Assembly (NCBI GenBank): GCA_030141605.1
Contig: JAQGDQ010000430.1
Location: forward strand, 1 to 64,000
Length of the DNA: 64,000 nucleotides
Source of the DNA: Tubiluchus corallicola
Lineage: Eukaryota > Animalia > Priapulida
Direction: 5' to 3'
Made by a program: the position numbers and the translations under genes. This document shows, in pieces, positions 34,541-49,149 of this stretch. Under the pieces are notes generated by a model. It saw nothing but the letters and a program-made list of their open reading frames with translations, did no database searches and was not told the DNA's origin. How positions within the stretch are numbered: position 1 is the stretch's first letter; the number at the start of each line of letters is the position of its first letter.

Positions 34541-36519
34541 AAATTAAAATAATAATTATAGTAGTGTTTTTCTTTGTGGGCTCGAGGTTTTTTCTTCGCT
34601 GGAGAAAATGAGAAGCAAAGAATATGGGAGTTTTAGCTGAAGGGAAAGAGAAGGGGAAAGAAAAAAGAAGGAAATGAGAGGGAGAACGAAAACAAATCCC
34701 ACATGGCCACGATAATGTATAAAACACATAATACAGTAAGATCTAATTCTGTAGTTGTAAGCTCTTGTTCCTGAATGCCTTTCGAAATACTTGCGCTGGG
34801 CTGATAGAACTGGTATACCGTTACAAAGGAAGCATTGTACAAAATACGCTATACACACATTCCGCCAAGAACAAGAACAGCTACTAGCAACGCCCCCTAG
34901 TTTTTGTTGCTTGAAATGGACGAGCCCGAAGCCATGTCCACTATAAAAGCCTAAAGCACACTAACGCAAGTCCTCTTTTGACTGTGTGACTTAGCGTGTG
35001 TATAACACAGGAGAGTTTTATGAAAATAACGTATTTATAGAGCAAGACACTCAGAAAAAGCCAGTATTGTTTGTCCATGTATAACAGTGTTTATTAACAT
35101 TATAGAGCAAGCGCTAAGGTAAGCAGATTTTTTGTTACCTATTAAAATAATTATGATAAAGTAAAAGCATGTGAAGATACTTTCGTATTTAGTATTTGCG
35201 TATACAATATGGCGTATACATAAGCGGCTGCACGTTTACAGTTAAGTTCTGCCACGTTGCTAACAGCAATGAAAAATTTAGGTGAATTTTGTTATAAACA
35301 AAGTGCACCTATGATTTGGATCATTTTTCCAACTTGTCTCTGCTTAAATCTTTCGCGTAATAATAATTTTATTGTGCAATTTAGACATCCAGTTGATCTG
35401 CGAAGTGTATTGATATTCATTATCTACTCAGGAAAACTTTAATATTTACGAAACTTTGACATATGTTTCGTTTTCCCCTATTTTTGGTAATTCTCAACTT
35501 TTCGGCTCAATCAAAGCCGACTAACCATGCTTCATTTCTCGCTCTTTTTTACAAACTTTACCAAGTTAACCAAAATTTTCGCTTTGAGTTTCATTTTGTT
35601 TGATATAATTTTTTGCTATAAGTTGAATTCCGTTTTGCATTACTTGTGATAACTTCTTTTTATTCTGGGTGGAATTGCGTTTTTGCTTTGAGTAGATTTT
35701 TGTTGCTTTTGTTTGATATTATTTTTTGCTCTACATTTATTTTTTGCTTGAAATTATGCCTTGTTACGCTTTGAATTGCATTTCTGCTTTGAGTAGATTT
35801 TTATTGCTTTTGCCTTTTATATATACAAAAACACCTAAAAAATGTCATGAACCTGTGAGTAAACTTGTATTTTTAATAAGGGGCAGCTGACCAAGTGACC
35901 ATTAGGTCTTTCGCTGCTCCTTCGCAGCTGCAATGAAATGTAAAAATAATTATGACGAATTTTAACTGCTATTGAGAAAATAAAATTGAATTGAATTGAA
36001 TTAACTGGTTAACTTTTTACAACACACAAACATGTAACGTCGGTCATATAATGGCGTTGGTAGCTTGGATCGAACTAAAGTCCCCGTGGTCTCTGTCCGA
36101 AATCAAAACCACTCGACCACCCAACCCAACTAACTAGCGACATTTAGAAATCAGTGATGAGAGGTTCCTGAGACTTGAAACAAGTTGTTTTTATCCACTA
36201 GTACGCAAATCATAAAAAATTGTTTCGCGTGTTTATAGTTTTCATGCACTCCGGCTGCATAATTTTACCTTTGTTTTAAAACTATTCCAAAATTACAGTA
36301 TTCGATAATCACATTTGACATAGAATAAGTTCTATTTGATGCGCAGATTTAAATAATTTGACAACCTATTTGACAACTTGGAAATAAGTTACTCTGTTTT
36401 ATGAAGTGATTTTGCATTTTTTTATTTTTATTTATTTTTTGTACTTTTGTGTTGCACAGCTACTGAGCCACCCCTGTTTTCAAAATTGATGATGGTTGAT
36501 AAAATAATTTTCTTTACTC

Positions 36520-36860
36520 CCTCACCCTCTTACAGCAAAATGGATCCTTCCACTGGCTTCGGCAGAAGTCATAGAAATCACTAATTTAACTTGCTGGAAA
36601 ATGACTAACTGTATTTTATTAAGTATAAAAAATATAATAATGGTTGTAAAAATTTAGATTACTACATCACCCTCTAAAGCAAAATGGATCCTTCCACTGG
36701 CTTCAGCGGAAGTCGTAGTAATGACTAAATTAATTTAACTTACTGAAAAATAGTTATTGTATTTTCTGAGGTGTCAAAAAATTAATAATGGTTGGTAACA
36801 TTATTTGGATTACGCACCCACCATCTAAAGCAAAATGGATCCTTCCACTGGCTTCATAGA
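36520..36860. repeat. Diverged ~145-bp tandem repeat with a conserved core (3 cores)
   Basis: AGCAAAATGGATCCTTCCACTGGCTTC at ~36534, ~36679 and ~36829. Confidence 0.85.
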
Positions 36861-39800
36861 AGGTAACAATTTGGTATACTTGAATGACTTATTAAAAATA
36901 AAGTGTAGTCTTCGTTTATGGGCGTGAATGTCACATGAAATATCTAATAAAATTCATATGTAGGCTACATAATAATGTGCGCCTGTATCGGAAAACTCCA
37001 AAGTGAAAATTCTTTTCTCACTCCGTTACGTCCCTATTAGAATTTTGTTAGGACCAAAAATAATTTTGTTGGTGCCGATAATGATTGAATTTTTGCAAAT
37101 CAAAATAAAAAATGAACTTGCTCTGTAGTTGCCTAATCTTTAACGACAACTAACTGCTATTTTAACCCGTTAGGCACACGCTCATTAGGATGTATATTGA
37201 TAGTGGATATCATTCTGGATGCCGGATTATCAATTGGATGCTAGATATGATTTTCACCACCTGCCATTGAATATCATTCATTTGGTATCATATGGTAAGT
37301 TTTTTTGCTTTTTAATTCCTTGGCGTGTTGGTTTTGCTGTTCAATTTTGATCTGAGATCATCTGGTAATCTGGTAATAATCATCTGATGTTAAAGAAGCA
37401 TCATGGATAGCAACTGTTGCCGTAATTTTAAATTTGTGTATTGTTCTAAACTTTTCACAAAAAATCCTTTCACGTGCCGTTTTAACGCTCTTTCAGACCT
37501 TCTACAAAATTATGCGTTTGCTGTGCAATAGGCACGTAGTACAATATTATAGTTAAAATTTTTGGAAATCTTTTGTAATGTTCTTGCGATTTTCGTTTAC
37601 TATAATAGACGTTTTTCATGTGAGTGACATTTCTGATTAGTTTTACTCACAAAATATTTGCTGGCAAATTTAGTTTATGGGCAACTAGTATAACAGGCCA
37701 CACAGTAACAATTCATTTTTTAGCAATTGTGCTGCTTTCAAAAATTTTCAACGTGATTCTCTTATAAAATTTGCACTAAACGACCATAAAGCTACGACTT
37801 GTAGATAAGCTTGCTTATTATTTTGCAAAGAAGAACAAAATTTTAATTAATTTTAATTTGTAACAAAAGAACAACCTCGTATTTTTAATTGAAACATACG
37901 ATACTAAAACTTTTATTACTTATCAAATTCGGCAAGTGTCCAATTTGTGATTTTGCTCAAAAGTATCGCAACGTTTTTCCTCCCTCACAAAAAAACTGCG
38001 TTTGCTGTAGTCGGAAATTTATGGTTGTAGTCGTCCAACAATGTAAATAGGTTTACCGGTTCAAATCCAGTTGCATCAAAACTATTTCACTTTGCCTGAC
38101 TTTTAAGTTTGCTATCAAAATTAAAATATTATGATTATTAACATGTTTTATAGATCGTTTATTCATAATTCATATTTATTGATGATTTATTGATGATTTA
38201 CAAGCCATACAGTTACAATTACGAGTTACAAAACATTACATAAACAATGCAATATATTACTACGAAGAATAAAAACTACACAGACAAAACCCCACACATG
38301 GGGTATAATCGGCAACACAATAATAATAATAGTAAACGGTATTTACAGTGGTTAAATATTACAATTATATTATTATGTTATTTTATAGTTATTATTTTAA
38401 GTTATTTTACAAAGCTTAGTGCACAATGAATTTTAGAATTGCAATTACATCTTAATATGTTACTGTCTATCATAAGTGCTGACTGTAAGCTCAGTTTTGG
38501 TCAGAAGAGCTTATACTGCATTGTTGTTCACGGAGTAGGTATGCAGAGTTCCAAGGGACTCGCCTTTCGCAAGAATGTCGTAAAAACTGAGGCAATAGTC
38601 CCATATTCTTGAATGTTTGCAAACATGGAGGAGGTTGTTTTGTGAAACATATGTGGACAACAAAGACACCACAAATAGACCTGCCATATGGTTGTGTTCC
38701 ATCGCCACAATAAATTATAAAACATGTCAATTGTTTAGTTTGTCGGGCACTAATCTAAGGAAACTTAAATAACTCACAGTTCAAACTGTGCAATTTATCA
38801 GTAAATTTTATTTAATTTTCATTTTTTTAGAGCCATTACTTCCAATTTTGCAAAAGAGAAGGGAACGTGAATCATCGAATGGGCTGATTCACCTCTGCTT
38901 GTCCGTACTAATATGGGAAGCTACTGAGGGCGGAGGAAGCTGACCCAAACTTTCAGAGAGAGCGTGTTCGTCCTCCACTACAGACTGTTCGGTATTTTCA
39001 CGTACACCGAATGTAAGCTAGCAAATCACATAAATATTTAATTCTTAAAATTTAAATTCTTTAAATTATTAGCTTTCCTGATTAGAAATTGTGGAAATGC
39101 GATACAACGTGTGAAACGGTTATACAACGCTTTTGCTGCTATTATTTTTGCTTTTACTAAAGTGTCATATTAATAATTGGGCTCTTCATAAGTTCTAGAG
39201 AAAAGAAGCCAAGTCATTGATGTAAACACTAGCTATTTCGGTCAACTAATAATAAATCCGGCAATTAAGGAAAAAGCACGACGTTTCAAACCACAGCAAA
39301 CAAAGACACGCTACAAATACAAAATCATGCTCACTAGTACACGGAAGGGTGCAAATAGGGAATCCATGCGTATAAATCATACATCCAGCAGTCTCCGAAT
39401 TCACTCAATAAATAATTTTCGGATCTTACACTACATATGGCTTACGTTTGCTGTATATTATTTACACTTTAATTTTAGATAAGGCCTGCATCTTTGCTGT
39501 CACTGTGTTTGGAAAGAAGATAAGAACACATTAGTTTGGTCTGTTAAAGCCAAAATTTTATGAAATGGAATGCGTCGATATTTTCTGATGATAATAGACT
39601 TCAGTAGCATGTCTCCTGGAAAAGGTAACGTTTTGCTGTGCCATAGCGGTTGTCGTTATATACTTGAAGGGGAAGAAAAGACCATTTTAAAGTACAGTGC
39701 ATGTCCCTAAAAACTTTTCCATACAAAATTACATTGCTTAGCATGACGCTTACCTGCTTGCAAGACCTACGTAACCCGAAAACATTTCTTGGTAATTTAA

Positions 39801-41284
39801 AATGTTCGCCCCATCTAGCAAAATGTCACTGAATGGCCTTCTCAATGTACACCACTCGATCACCAATATTTTTATCTTATTGACAGGATTTGCTTAGTAG
39901 TGACGTGCGTGCTACGAATACACGTTTGAAACAAATTTAGATTAACATCGGTAAAGTTTGAAAAAATAATCAAACTTGTTTCAAACTGCCTGCCGTCAAA
40001 ATGTCGCTCAGCTGTCATCGTTGGAGTTCAAAGGAAAACGGAATGAGTTTTCATGCCGTACGACATTTTGAAGAACGGTAAAAAGTATACATTTTAACAC
40101 CTATGACAATACCAAAAAATTTCTGATAATTAATTAGTTATAGGCCTAATTACGGCGTACGAGTGTAACTAGTGATAACAGAAAATTCTGCTAATTTCAA
40201 GTTTTCAATTCAAATTTTAGGTTTACTACTGTGCTCACTCATAAGCTCTCGAACGTGTTCACTACGTCACAACTGAACACCTTTGAACTGAGAGGTATAG
40301 CATATCGGTGATGCAAAATTTCAAGACGGAATTTTTAGTTGTATGTAAATAAAACGCTTTCTTGGAATAATTATCTATTACTTTGTCGTATTTTTGGTGC
40401 TGTAAGCGTTATCGTACTTTTATTTGTGACAGTAATTTGATTCTATAATATTATTCAACTTTCTTAATTATTTTAAATTCAAATAGTGACAACACCTGGA
40501 TGACAAAACACAACAGCAGCAACCACAACAGCAACAACAGGAAGATGACAATATACCAATTACTTCCTATAACGGGCATAATGTAGATAGACCAAAATCA
40601 CATGGCAGCGAGAAATTTCTTCCACCTTGGAACAAAAAAAGTTTGGAGCAAGGATATTTCTCTCCAAGGAGCTTTAAGGTCACGTAAATGTTATTGATTT
40701 TCTGTTGCTAGTAGAATATCAAACTATCGACCGTGCTAATTCTCCCCAAACACTATTAATCATTTGTATACTAGATGGCTTCAATATTTTTGTAGTCGTT
40801 TTTACAAATCAAATTTATACTATGACCGTGTATACAAAAGTTGTTATAATTTTGCTAAGTTCTATATTATGCATAATTGTGAAAAGGACTACTGGTGTGT
40901 TTAAGGAGACAGATCATGCCTCTTAAAAATGGCCTGCTGTAAAAAACAAAATTATTTAAAATTCTCCTTGCCATTTAATTTTTGGTCTTATAAAGAGAAA
41001 AAAGTGAAAAGTAACAATCATTGCAATGTTAGGGGCTCACTTTAGTTTTTACGTAATAGAAGCAAACTAAGCATCAGTTAATATTAGCCTAACTAAATGG
41101 TATTAAATGGTAATAATGGATCATGTCCAAAAAATAAGAAACAAGAATTAAAAATTAGCATAAGAAAAAGCATTGAGCCGAATTTTCATACTTTATTCGA
41201 AATAGTAGTTAGCTAAAATGAAGACATTTCTTGTTAAAATTAATGTCCATTTTTTTGCATTGCTTGATTGTTACACAGTAAATG

Positions 41285-41750
41285 TTGTCATGGGCATGTG
41301 CCGGAAGAGAAAGAACGTTTTTTTAAATTTCGTAACAACTGTCTTAGTTCAGTGTTTCGTTTCACAAGTTATTCTTAATAATAGCTAGGTACCTGGCCTG
41401 CCACAATCATTCAACATTGCTAGTAGCCCTGGGTCTCAACTCGGCCTTAAATACTCAAATCTACGCTTTCTACGCGGGCTTCAGTTTACGACTGAGACGT
41501 ACAAACAACATGAAGCCTGTCACTGAAGCTACTCTGCTACTTAAGAAATTATATCGGAAGCCATGAAAAGGGAAGGCCAATGAAGGCAGGACGATCAAGC
41601 TTGTTACAAGATAGATTCCGCCCTGTTTGGGGTGTAAGGTACCATTCACTGAGTTCTGACACCTTAGAGTCATCTCTAGGAGACTATGGATTGAGGGTCA
41701 ACATTGATAGGTCAGGTCTTAGCGTATTCCGTAATGGCGAACTTTGGATA
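41285..41750 (+). repeat. Dispersed repeat; inverted homolog at ~49150-49590
   Basis: CATTCAACATTGCTAGTA...TCTCAACTCGGCCTT...GAGACGTACAAACAAC..GAAGCCTGTCA matches the reverse complement of 49270-49470. Confidence 0.8.
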
Positions 41751-41759
41751 AAGCTTTTA

Positions 41760-41945
41760 TCTACCGTTCTATCTATCTATCTATCTATCTATCTGTCTGT
41801 CTATCTCTCTTTCTCCTCCCCCTTCTCTCTCTCTCTCGCTTCCTCTCGCTCTCTCACACACTCTCCCCTCTCTATCTTTCATTCTCTCATTCACTCCCTT
41901 CTTCTCTTTCTCTCTTTCCCTCTCCCTCTCCCTCTCCCCTACTAA
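41760..41945. repeat. (TCTA)n/(CT)n microsatellite
   Basis: Directly visible. Confidence 0.9.
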
Positions 41946-42328
41946 TCTTCTTACTCGTATTCTCAGTTCTCTCTCATTTTCTGCGTTTTACTTTCACTGC
42001 CACCATCTTCCTCATTTGTTTACTCTGTCAGTGAGACACTGCAATACCCAGTCTTCAGTAATTCCTTCATTATATTAGGCTTCGTAGCATTACAAATTTT
42101 GTAAGTTGAAGTTTAGTGCTGAGGTTTAGGGATTTTTTCGCAGTAGACCGTAGTAGATAAAAAACGCAAGAAGTGCAACGTCTGAAAACCAATCGTGGTA
42201 TTTTTCCTATTCTCTCCTATTTCCTATACCTGTAAGCCTAGCATGCTAAATTTGGATGAAATTTTGGAACAAATACATTACAAATACTACGCATTGTACA
42301 GCATTTTTTTATTTAATTTTGGCTAAAA

Positions 42329-42490
42329 AGTTTACAATTCCCACACACAAGAAATTAGATCACGAAGTAGATTAAAATTGGGGTTTGAGTTGGGCTTGTG
42401 GTTTCAGTTGGGTTAGGGTTAGAGTTGGGCTATTATGCTTACGGCTAGGGCTAGGTTTAAGTTATTTAAATTGTGTGGGGATTGTAAACT
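42329..42490. mobile_element. Small MITE with 19-bp TIRs and internal degenerate GGGTTA repeats
   Basis: AGTTTACAATTCCCACACA ... TGTGTGGGGATTGTAAACT (18/19 inverted match). Confidence 0.7.
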
Positions 42491-43993
42491 CCCTCCTTAA
42501 TTTTCAACAGCATTAAAAAACTTATATTCTCTCCCAACTAATTGATGTTTAATCGAAGTTATTGTGAAACTGGCTATAAATTTAATTACCACAGTCAAAT
42601 AAAGTGAAAAGATCGGAAAGCTGATCTTCAATTTGTCTTAATTTCATTACCACTTTCATACATAAACTTTTACTTCACTTTCAAGCTGCTGCCTGCTGTA
42701 ATTACGTAATTAGTACAGTCGTTAAGTGATAAACAGTCAATAGTATTAAGTTAGGTAATTATTAGAAGGCGTAATAGGAAAAGACTATAGTCGGCAGAAG
42801 AGGGTAAAGTTAGAAAGTGGGGCTTCTTCAGCCATGAACACGTTTTTCTAAAAAAAAATTAACACTTTGTTGACAAAAATTTAAAAGCCAGAGTTTTTGA
42901 TAGCCATTTCTCCTCATGGCTTAAGAAACCCAGCCCTCACATATAGCAATAAAATTAATTAATAGTTACTTAAGATTAGTCCCAAAGTTTTACAAAAATT
43001 CCCATGCGCGCATAATTGGCTTAGTCGTGATACAAAAATCTGTGGATATTTTGTAAAACTTTGCATATTTTAATTAAGATTTGGTTAATTGGTTTTAATT
43101 AAGATTAAAAAATAGCTACTAACTCACTAACTCCTGTAGATTAACAGCAGTGATGGCAGCTTGAGTTGTGAAGTATTAGGTGACTTAAAATTTGATTTTC
43201 AAGTGTCTCTCATGTACTCTGTTTTATAAATGGCTGTGATTTCTTTGTGATGTGCCCTTTACGTTGTACCCTTTGTTTGGGAAATGAAGTTTTAACTTTC
43301 AGTAGATTTGTGAATTGTAGTAAGAAATATTTTTGCTATAATGTTAATGAAGATAAGGACCTTTTTGATGTCCAAGAAAGAATGTTTTTGTGCAGCTGTA
43401 GTTTCATCTGTATTTATCGTTAATCTTAAAAGTTGACAACCACCATCGGAAAATTTTATAACTCAAATAAAGAAAAAAATTAAATACTTAAATTGATTTT
43501 TTCTTTAAGAAAAAAAGATTACTACCTCTTTAAGCCCAATAATCCTGCTTCTGCAGCAGTCACATATAGTGTTGACAATATTAAATGTTTAAATTTTTTT
43601 GAAATTGCATGCTTAAGGCAAATGATTTCGAAGCATGACATCAATGCTATACCACTACTACCATCCTTTCACCATCTCATACATTTTTCGTTGTACAAAT
43701 CCCAACATTCTCGCTTCTCCCCACTGATAATTCCCCTACAGAATGGATTTACAAGCCTCTAATATGTATACTAGCTGTATCTTGTATCTTGTAATGTATT
43801 TTACTTGAGATTGTGGAATAATCTAAAATGTTCTGTAAAGGGGCTGGCGACCACACCGTAATTAAAAACAAAATTTCAATTTGGGCTGAACGCTACTTAA
43901 TTATTTTGCTCAACTATCATGATTATCTTGCGTAAACTATTTTGTGCTTAACTAGATAACAACCAGTGTTTTCTTGCAAGTCCAAGAGAAGCA

Positions 43994-44479
43994 CTAAAAG
44001 TTTTTAGGCAGAGGAACCAACTTAACTTAACGACTCTTGTTTTTACACGTTTCAACGTTGCATTTTACTAAGAGCTAAAAGTTTTTAGGCAGAGGGACCA
44101 ACCTAACTTAACAACTCTTGTTTTTACACGTTTCAACGTTGCATTTTACTAAGAGCTAAAAGATTTTAGGCAGAGGAACCAACCTAACTTAACGACTCTT
44201 GTTTTTACACGTTTCAACGTTGCATTTTACTAAGAGCTAAAAGATTTTAGGCAGAGGAACCAACCTAACTTAACAACTCTTGTTTTTACACGTTTCAACG
44301 TTGCATTTTACTAAGAGCTAAAAGATTTTAGGCAGAGGAACCAACCTAACTTAACAACTCTTGTTTTTACACGTTTCAACGTTGCATTTTACTAAGAGCT
44401 AAAAGTTTTTAGGCAGAGGTACCAACTTAACTTAACAACTCTTGCTTTTACACGTTTCAACGTTGCATTTTACTAAGAG
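43994..44479. repeat. 81-bp tandem minisatellite, 6 copies
   Basis: Units start at 43994, 44075, 44156, 44237, 44318 and 44399. Confidence 0.95.
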
Positions 44480-47400
44480 AACAGTAGCAACATTAAGAGA
44501 GAACTTGCTATACTGTCAATGAGGAAAGCTTAGCTAAACCTGTTAACCTTCCTTAGTTGTTTCTGCGGTTTTATTTCGCAATTGTTGTTTTGAGAATTAT
44601 TTTATGAACAACAAATGCTAGTACCGCAAAACTGTTCCTTTAATTTTTGGGTTTTTGTGTACAAATTTTTTTCATTATAAATTCAATTTAGAACGGGGCA
44701 ATAATAATTGTAACTATCAAAATCATTTTTAATTTTGATTTAGCAGGGGTGTTTCATTTTTAGTAAAAATACCAGTTTACTACCTAATCCCACAATTATT
44801 ACTATACTCTTTTAACATAAGTTACTAAGTTAAATTAATCTAATTTAAAGTAGGCCTATTTATGGTCTATAAGTTGCTACAGCTTCAATTCGCCAAGTTT
44901 CAGATTCATGCGACAGTAACAACATTAAAATTACGTTATGAGAACTATCACACAAGAACTTTTCCTGAACGAAAGCTACCACATAATTACAAGTATCAGT
45001 GCTTCAGTAAGATTTGGTAAGCAAAACATTTTTTGTGTTTCACTCATCTTTTATGCTGAATGAGAATTAAAAGAGAAAAGTTGATTTGTTTACATTTTTT
45101 AAATACAGTTCGTCACTCTTCAAGCCAGAATCTAGTACTCAATGACAGGGCCTGCAGCAAACGTTGAACGTTGTAACTTGTTTTAGTAACTGCATGTTTA
45201 CAAGTGCAAAATAAACTGCAAAGTGATTGGTGAACAGACCTGATTTTATAAATTAAGGAAAATGTTCTCTTCATCAACGTCAATAGTTTTACTTTAGTCT
45301 TTCGTTTAGAATATAGATATTTCTGCAAAACTGGTATGGAAAGTAAAGCTTTGTTATTATTACTACGGGAAAAGTTCTCATCGTTGATCAAATGTTCCGT
45401 GTTTCGATGGCTACTTTGTGTTAAGTGCCTGCATATTAATTTTATGGTACATTTATGCTGATATTAGCCAATGTCTGTTTTAATTTTTCTGTTTAAGTTT
45501 CTGGTTTTATTCGCTAACCCGGTTAGTTTTGAAGTTTCACAATAAAATCAGTAAAATAAGTATTTTCAGATTGTTTTTCTCTACTTTCAGATTTCTTATT
45601 CTTTATGCTAAACACGGCCTAACGACGGAATATTCACTGAAGATATATTAGCAGAGGATGAATTTGTCATTTGGTTTTCATGGTAATAGGCAGGTAATAG
45701 GATAAAAAATCTCCGCTGAACTACGCGGGAAACTTCTTTTGGCAGAGGGACGCAGATTTTTTTTTCTTAAAACACTTTTTTCGAAATTTCAGTAGAAAAA
45801 CGGTTAGGTGTTTTCCTACCATTTAGCCACGAATCTGTACAAGTCATGTCCTAATAACTTAAAAACTTCACTAGTTAAGCAGCATCAGACATAAGAAGTG
45901 GCTGGTTCAGTGAGCTATTTGCAGAATGTTTGATTTCAAGTTGTGTTCAGCAAAGTGGTGGAAACGGTGATCCAACAAAATCAAGGGTTCCTTAGGATAG
46001 TTCTAAGAAATATAGATAAACAGTATCTAACAAAAGGGCAAAATTATCTTGTCAAGTTGAACAGTTTTAGATCATTTAACTCTCATTATATATGACAATT
46101 CTAATTTGCGGTCCAATTTTTCAAATCTTTGTGAGGCTCGGTGGCTCTTGGCGACTAACCTGATCTTAGGTGCTTTGATAATTCTCTCTCGGCAAGGTCC
46201 ATCACCGTGACGCCAACTTTTACTCCTTTTGGGATATTTGTAAGATTTTGTACCTCGGGCAATAGATCTACTACTTTGTTTTTCTGGCAAGCGGAGTATT
46301 TGCGACTATTAGAGCAGTTTTCTCATTTAATTGTTGCTACGTTTTAACGATAGTTGCTGACTTGCAACAGTAGTTGGAATATTTTATTCAACTTTTCTGA
46401 AACATTTTCGAGTCTCGCACAATAAATTATAATCTCTAACTGCAAGTTTTCACTGCAGAAATATTAGCAGAGAATGAATTTGTCACTTCAGTCTCATGAT
46501 GTGAGGCATCGAGGTTTGCATTTCTTCAAGAGCGAGCATATTTGGAAACTATTGCAGAAGTTCGACGAACACTGTGATAAGGTTTTGCATTTAAATCGCA
46601 TTAAATTATCAATAGATGGTATAACTGCTTTGTTATGAAAAAACTATAATAAAAAAAATTTAAATTGTTTGCAGAACATGTTTAGGTTCAGTTTATTTCA
46701 TTGAGCTCCATTTTTTCTTTAGTAAACAGAATCCGTTTCCTAAGCGCGTTCATCAAGACCGCTTCACATCGAAAGGAAATTAAAAAATTAACAGATCTGA
46801 TAAGAGTAATATAGAAAGACACGGTCAAATCCATTGAGTTGATTCCAGTTGAATCACGAACGGTTCAACGAGTGACAGATGTAGGCTATACTAATGAAAT
46901 CAGTACATATTTGGTGATGTAGATATCAGTACCAGGTTAATTACTCTCATCAGTAATCCACTTTTCATGATAATCATTGTCAGCAAATTCACAATTGTCT
47001 TAAATTTTTGTCGCTTTTCTTACTATGTGCAAACTTCTCGTTTAGAAGAAAGGTGATGACGGACGGTAGTCACTGGTTCTTAGTTTACTGTCTTGCTTGA
47101 ACATATCAAGCTGAAAATTTTCAACATGAGGGTGCTTAGACAGTGCTTATTAAAGACGTCCCGGGGGCAAAAAACGTGCTTTCTTTTAAAAGAATGAAAT
47201 TTTTTTGAGTTTGCTTATACCACATCAAAGACACCATGGTTTGAAAGCTAAAACTGTTACTCCAGAACTCCAGAACTAAGGTGCTCGAATGTCACTGAAT
47301 GCCAGGGCACCACAGACGTACAGCCAAGAGCTCCCCTTTTAGGATTATTTTTGATACACAATTGAGGTAATAGCTTTTCAAAGATTTAATGCAGTATAGG

Positions 47401-49149
47401 AGCGAAAACGGGAAAGTGGGGTTTCCTGAAGTGGAAGTTTATTTTGTCGAAACTGTCAGCGAAAATTTTTTGGCCACGAATTTCAGTGCAGTGATTTTTT
47501 AGTAGAATTCAGCAAACAGCCAAGCCCTTTAAAACGAAGATGTGCATTTATACCTGCAATTGCATTTTGATTGATAGTTTATTTCTACAAAGCTGTATTA
47601 AACAAGTGATAATGAGAACAGTTGTAGCTGTATTAAACAAGTGATAATGAGAACAGTTGTATTTATCTGTATGTTTTTGGAAGTACAGCATATCATTTTA
47701 ACAACTAATAAATTAACCTTCATGCTAATCTATACTAACATGTACTATACATGACATTGACAGTGACTAGTCGTACTGACTTCACTTATTCTAACGTACT
47801 GTATTTCTGGAAGCATAGTGATAAAAACAACGACATATAGTGATAAAAACAACGACATAGGTTTATTGTAGACACTATTCAGCAATATAAGAAAACTAGA
47901 GCTTGGAAAAGTATAAATTCGTTTACCTGGAAGTGCAAGTGTTGTAAAGTTGTTAAATTGGTTTTTTCAAGTTGTGTAATTCATTGCAAAAAATAGCTGC
48001 GAATTCATTATTGCTCATTCAATTCATTGAATGAATTTCTCGGTGTTTTTCGGCTGGATAATCTTTACAACCCGAAGTAATTCCTATGCACATAGCTAGT
48101 GATTTCTGTCCGTAACAGTTTTACAAAATCAACTTCCATTTCAAGAACTCGACTCTCTTGTCTACACATTTGAGATAGAAGGTTCATAGTGAAATTATGA
48201 GATTGTGGATTTGCTGAAAATTGATCATAATTAGGATTAGGCCTACTGATGACTGAAATCAAAATGAGCGATTGTCGTCTCGACCAAATATGTACTAATG
48301 GTCCAATTTTTTTTTGAATTTCAAAAGCTGAAGAACAAACTCAACATCAAAATCAATGTCAAAATCAACAAACAGCCTACAAATATTTGCGAGAAGTGTA
48401 AAATTGATAGTTGGACAGTTGATTGATAGTATAACAGTGAATCCGAGTCCTCGGTATAAAATAAAATTAAATTCACCTGAAAAATTATCGTATGTCAGGG
48501 TCACAAACATTTCAGATCAAGTCTGCAGTTTTTTCTGTTTAATTGCATACAATTACTTGCCAAATTCTAAGCAAGGACCTAGAAGGCTGCCATCTTGGTG
48601 GTTCATCTGAGAAAGTTGTTTTCTTCTCCTGGCTCACTTCATTGATTTTCTATTATACTTTAAAGCACCAGGTTACTAGAAGGCTTAATTAGTCTTGTAT
48701 CAGAGGGAGTTATGGGAATGTAACAGTTAGTAGCTGGCCTGATTCGTAAAGTATATGAAACACCGTTTGTTCACTGAACTAACAGGTAATTGTGACTGGG
48801 TTGACTGGGTATACTTGGAGCTAAATGTAACTTGGTCCCCAGGAAAGAGCTTTAACTGTTTTTATATCGTTTTTACAATTTTTGCATAACCCGGAAAACT
48901 TTTAAAACTACTTAAGATTGAACTGACAAATTGTTTCTGCATTATTTTGTCTGAAGAGAAGTCGCGCGTGTTTCCACATATCAGTCATTAACTGTTCAAT
49001 CAACTAAAATTTATGAATTAGTTTTTCTTATTGATATGTCCTGTGGATACGAAGCTTGTTGAAGAACTTAATCTTCCTGGATCTTTGCTGAACTTATGTA
49101 TGGTGTTCCATAAGGTTTTGTGCAAATTGCTCTCCATTATTGAATACAC

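Noticed and set aside
36520-36860. Mini CRISPR array
   Set aside because: The spacers are ~120 bp and homologous to each other.
38831-39625. Degenerate THAP-domain exons
   Set aside because: Only faint motif echoes that need several frameshifts; not supportable by eye.
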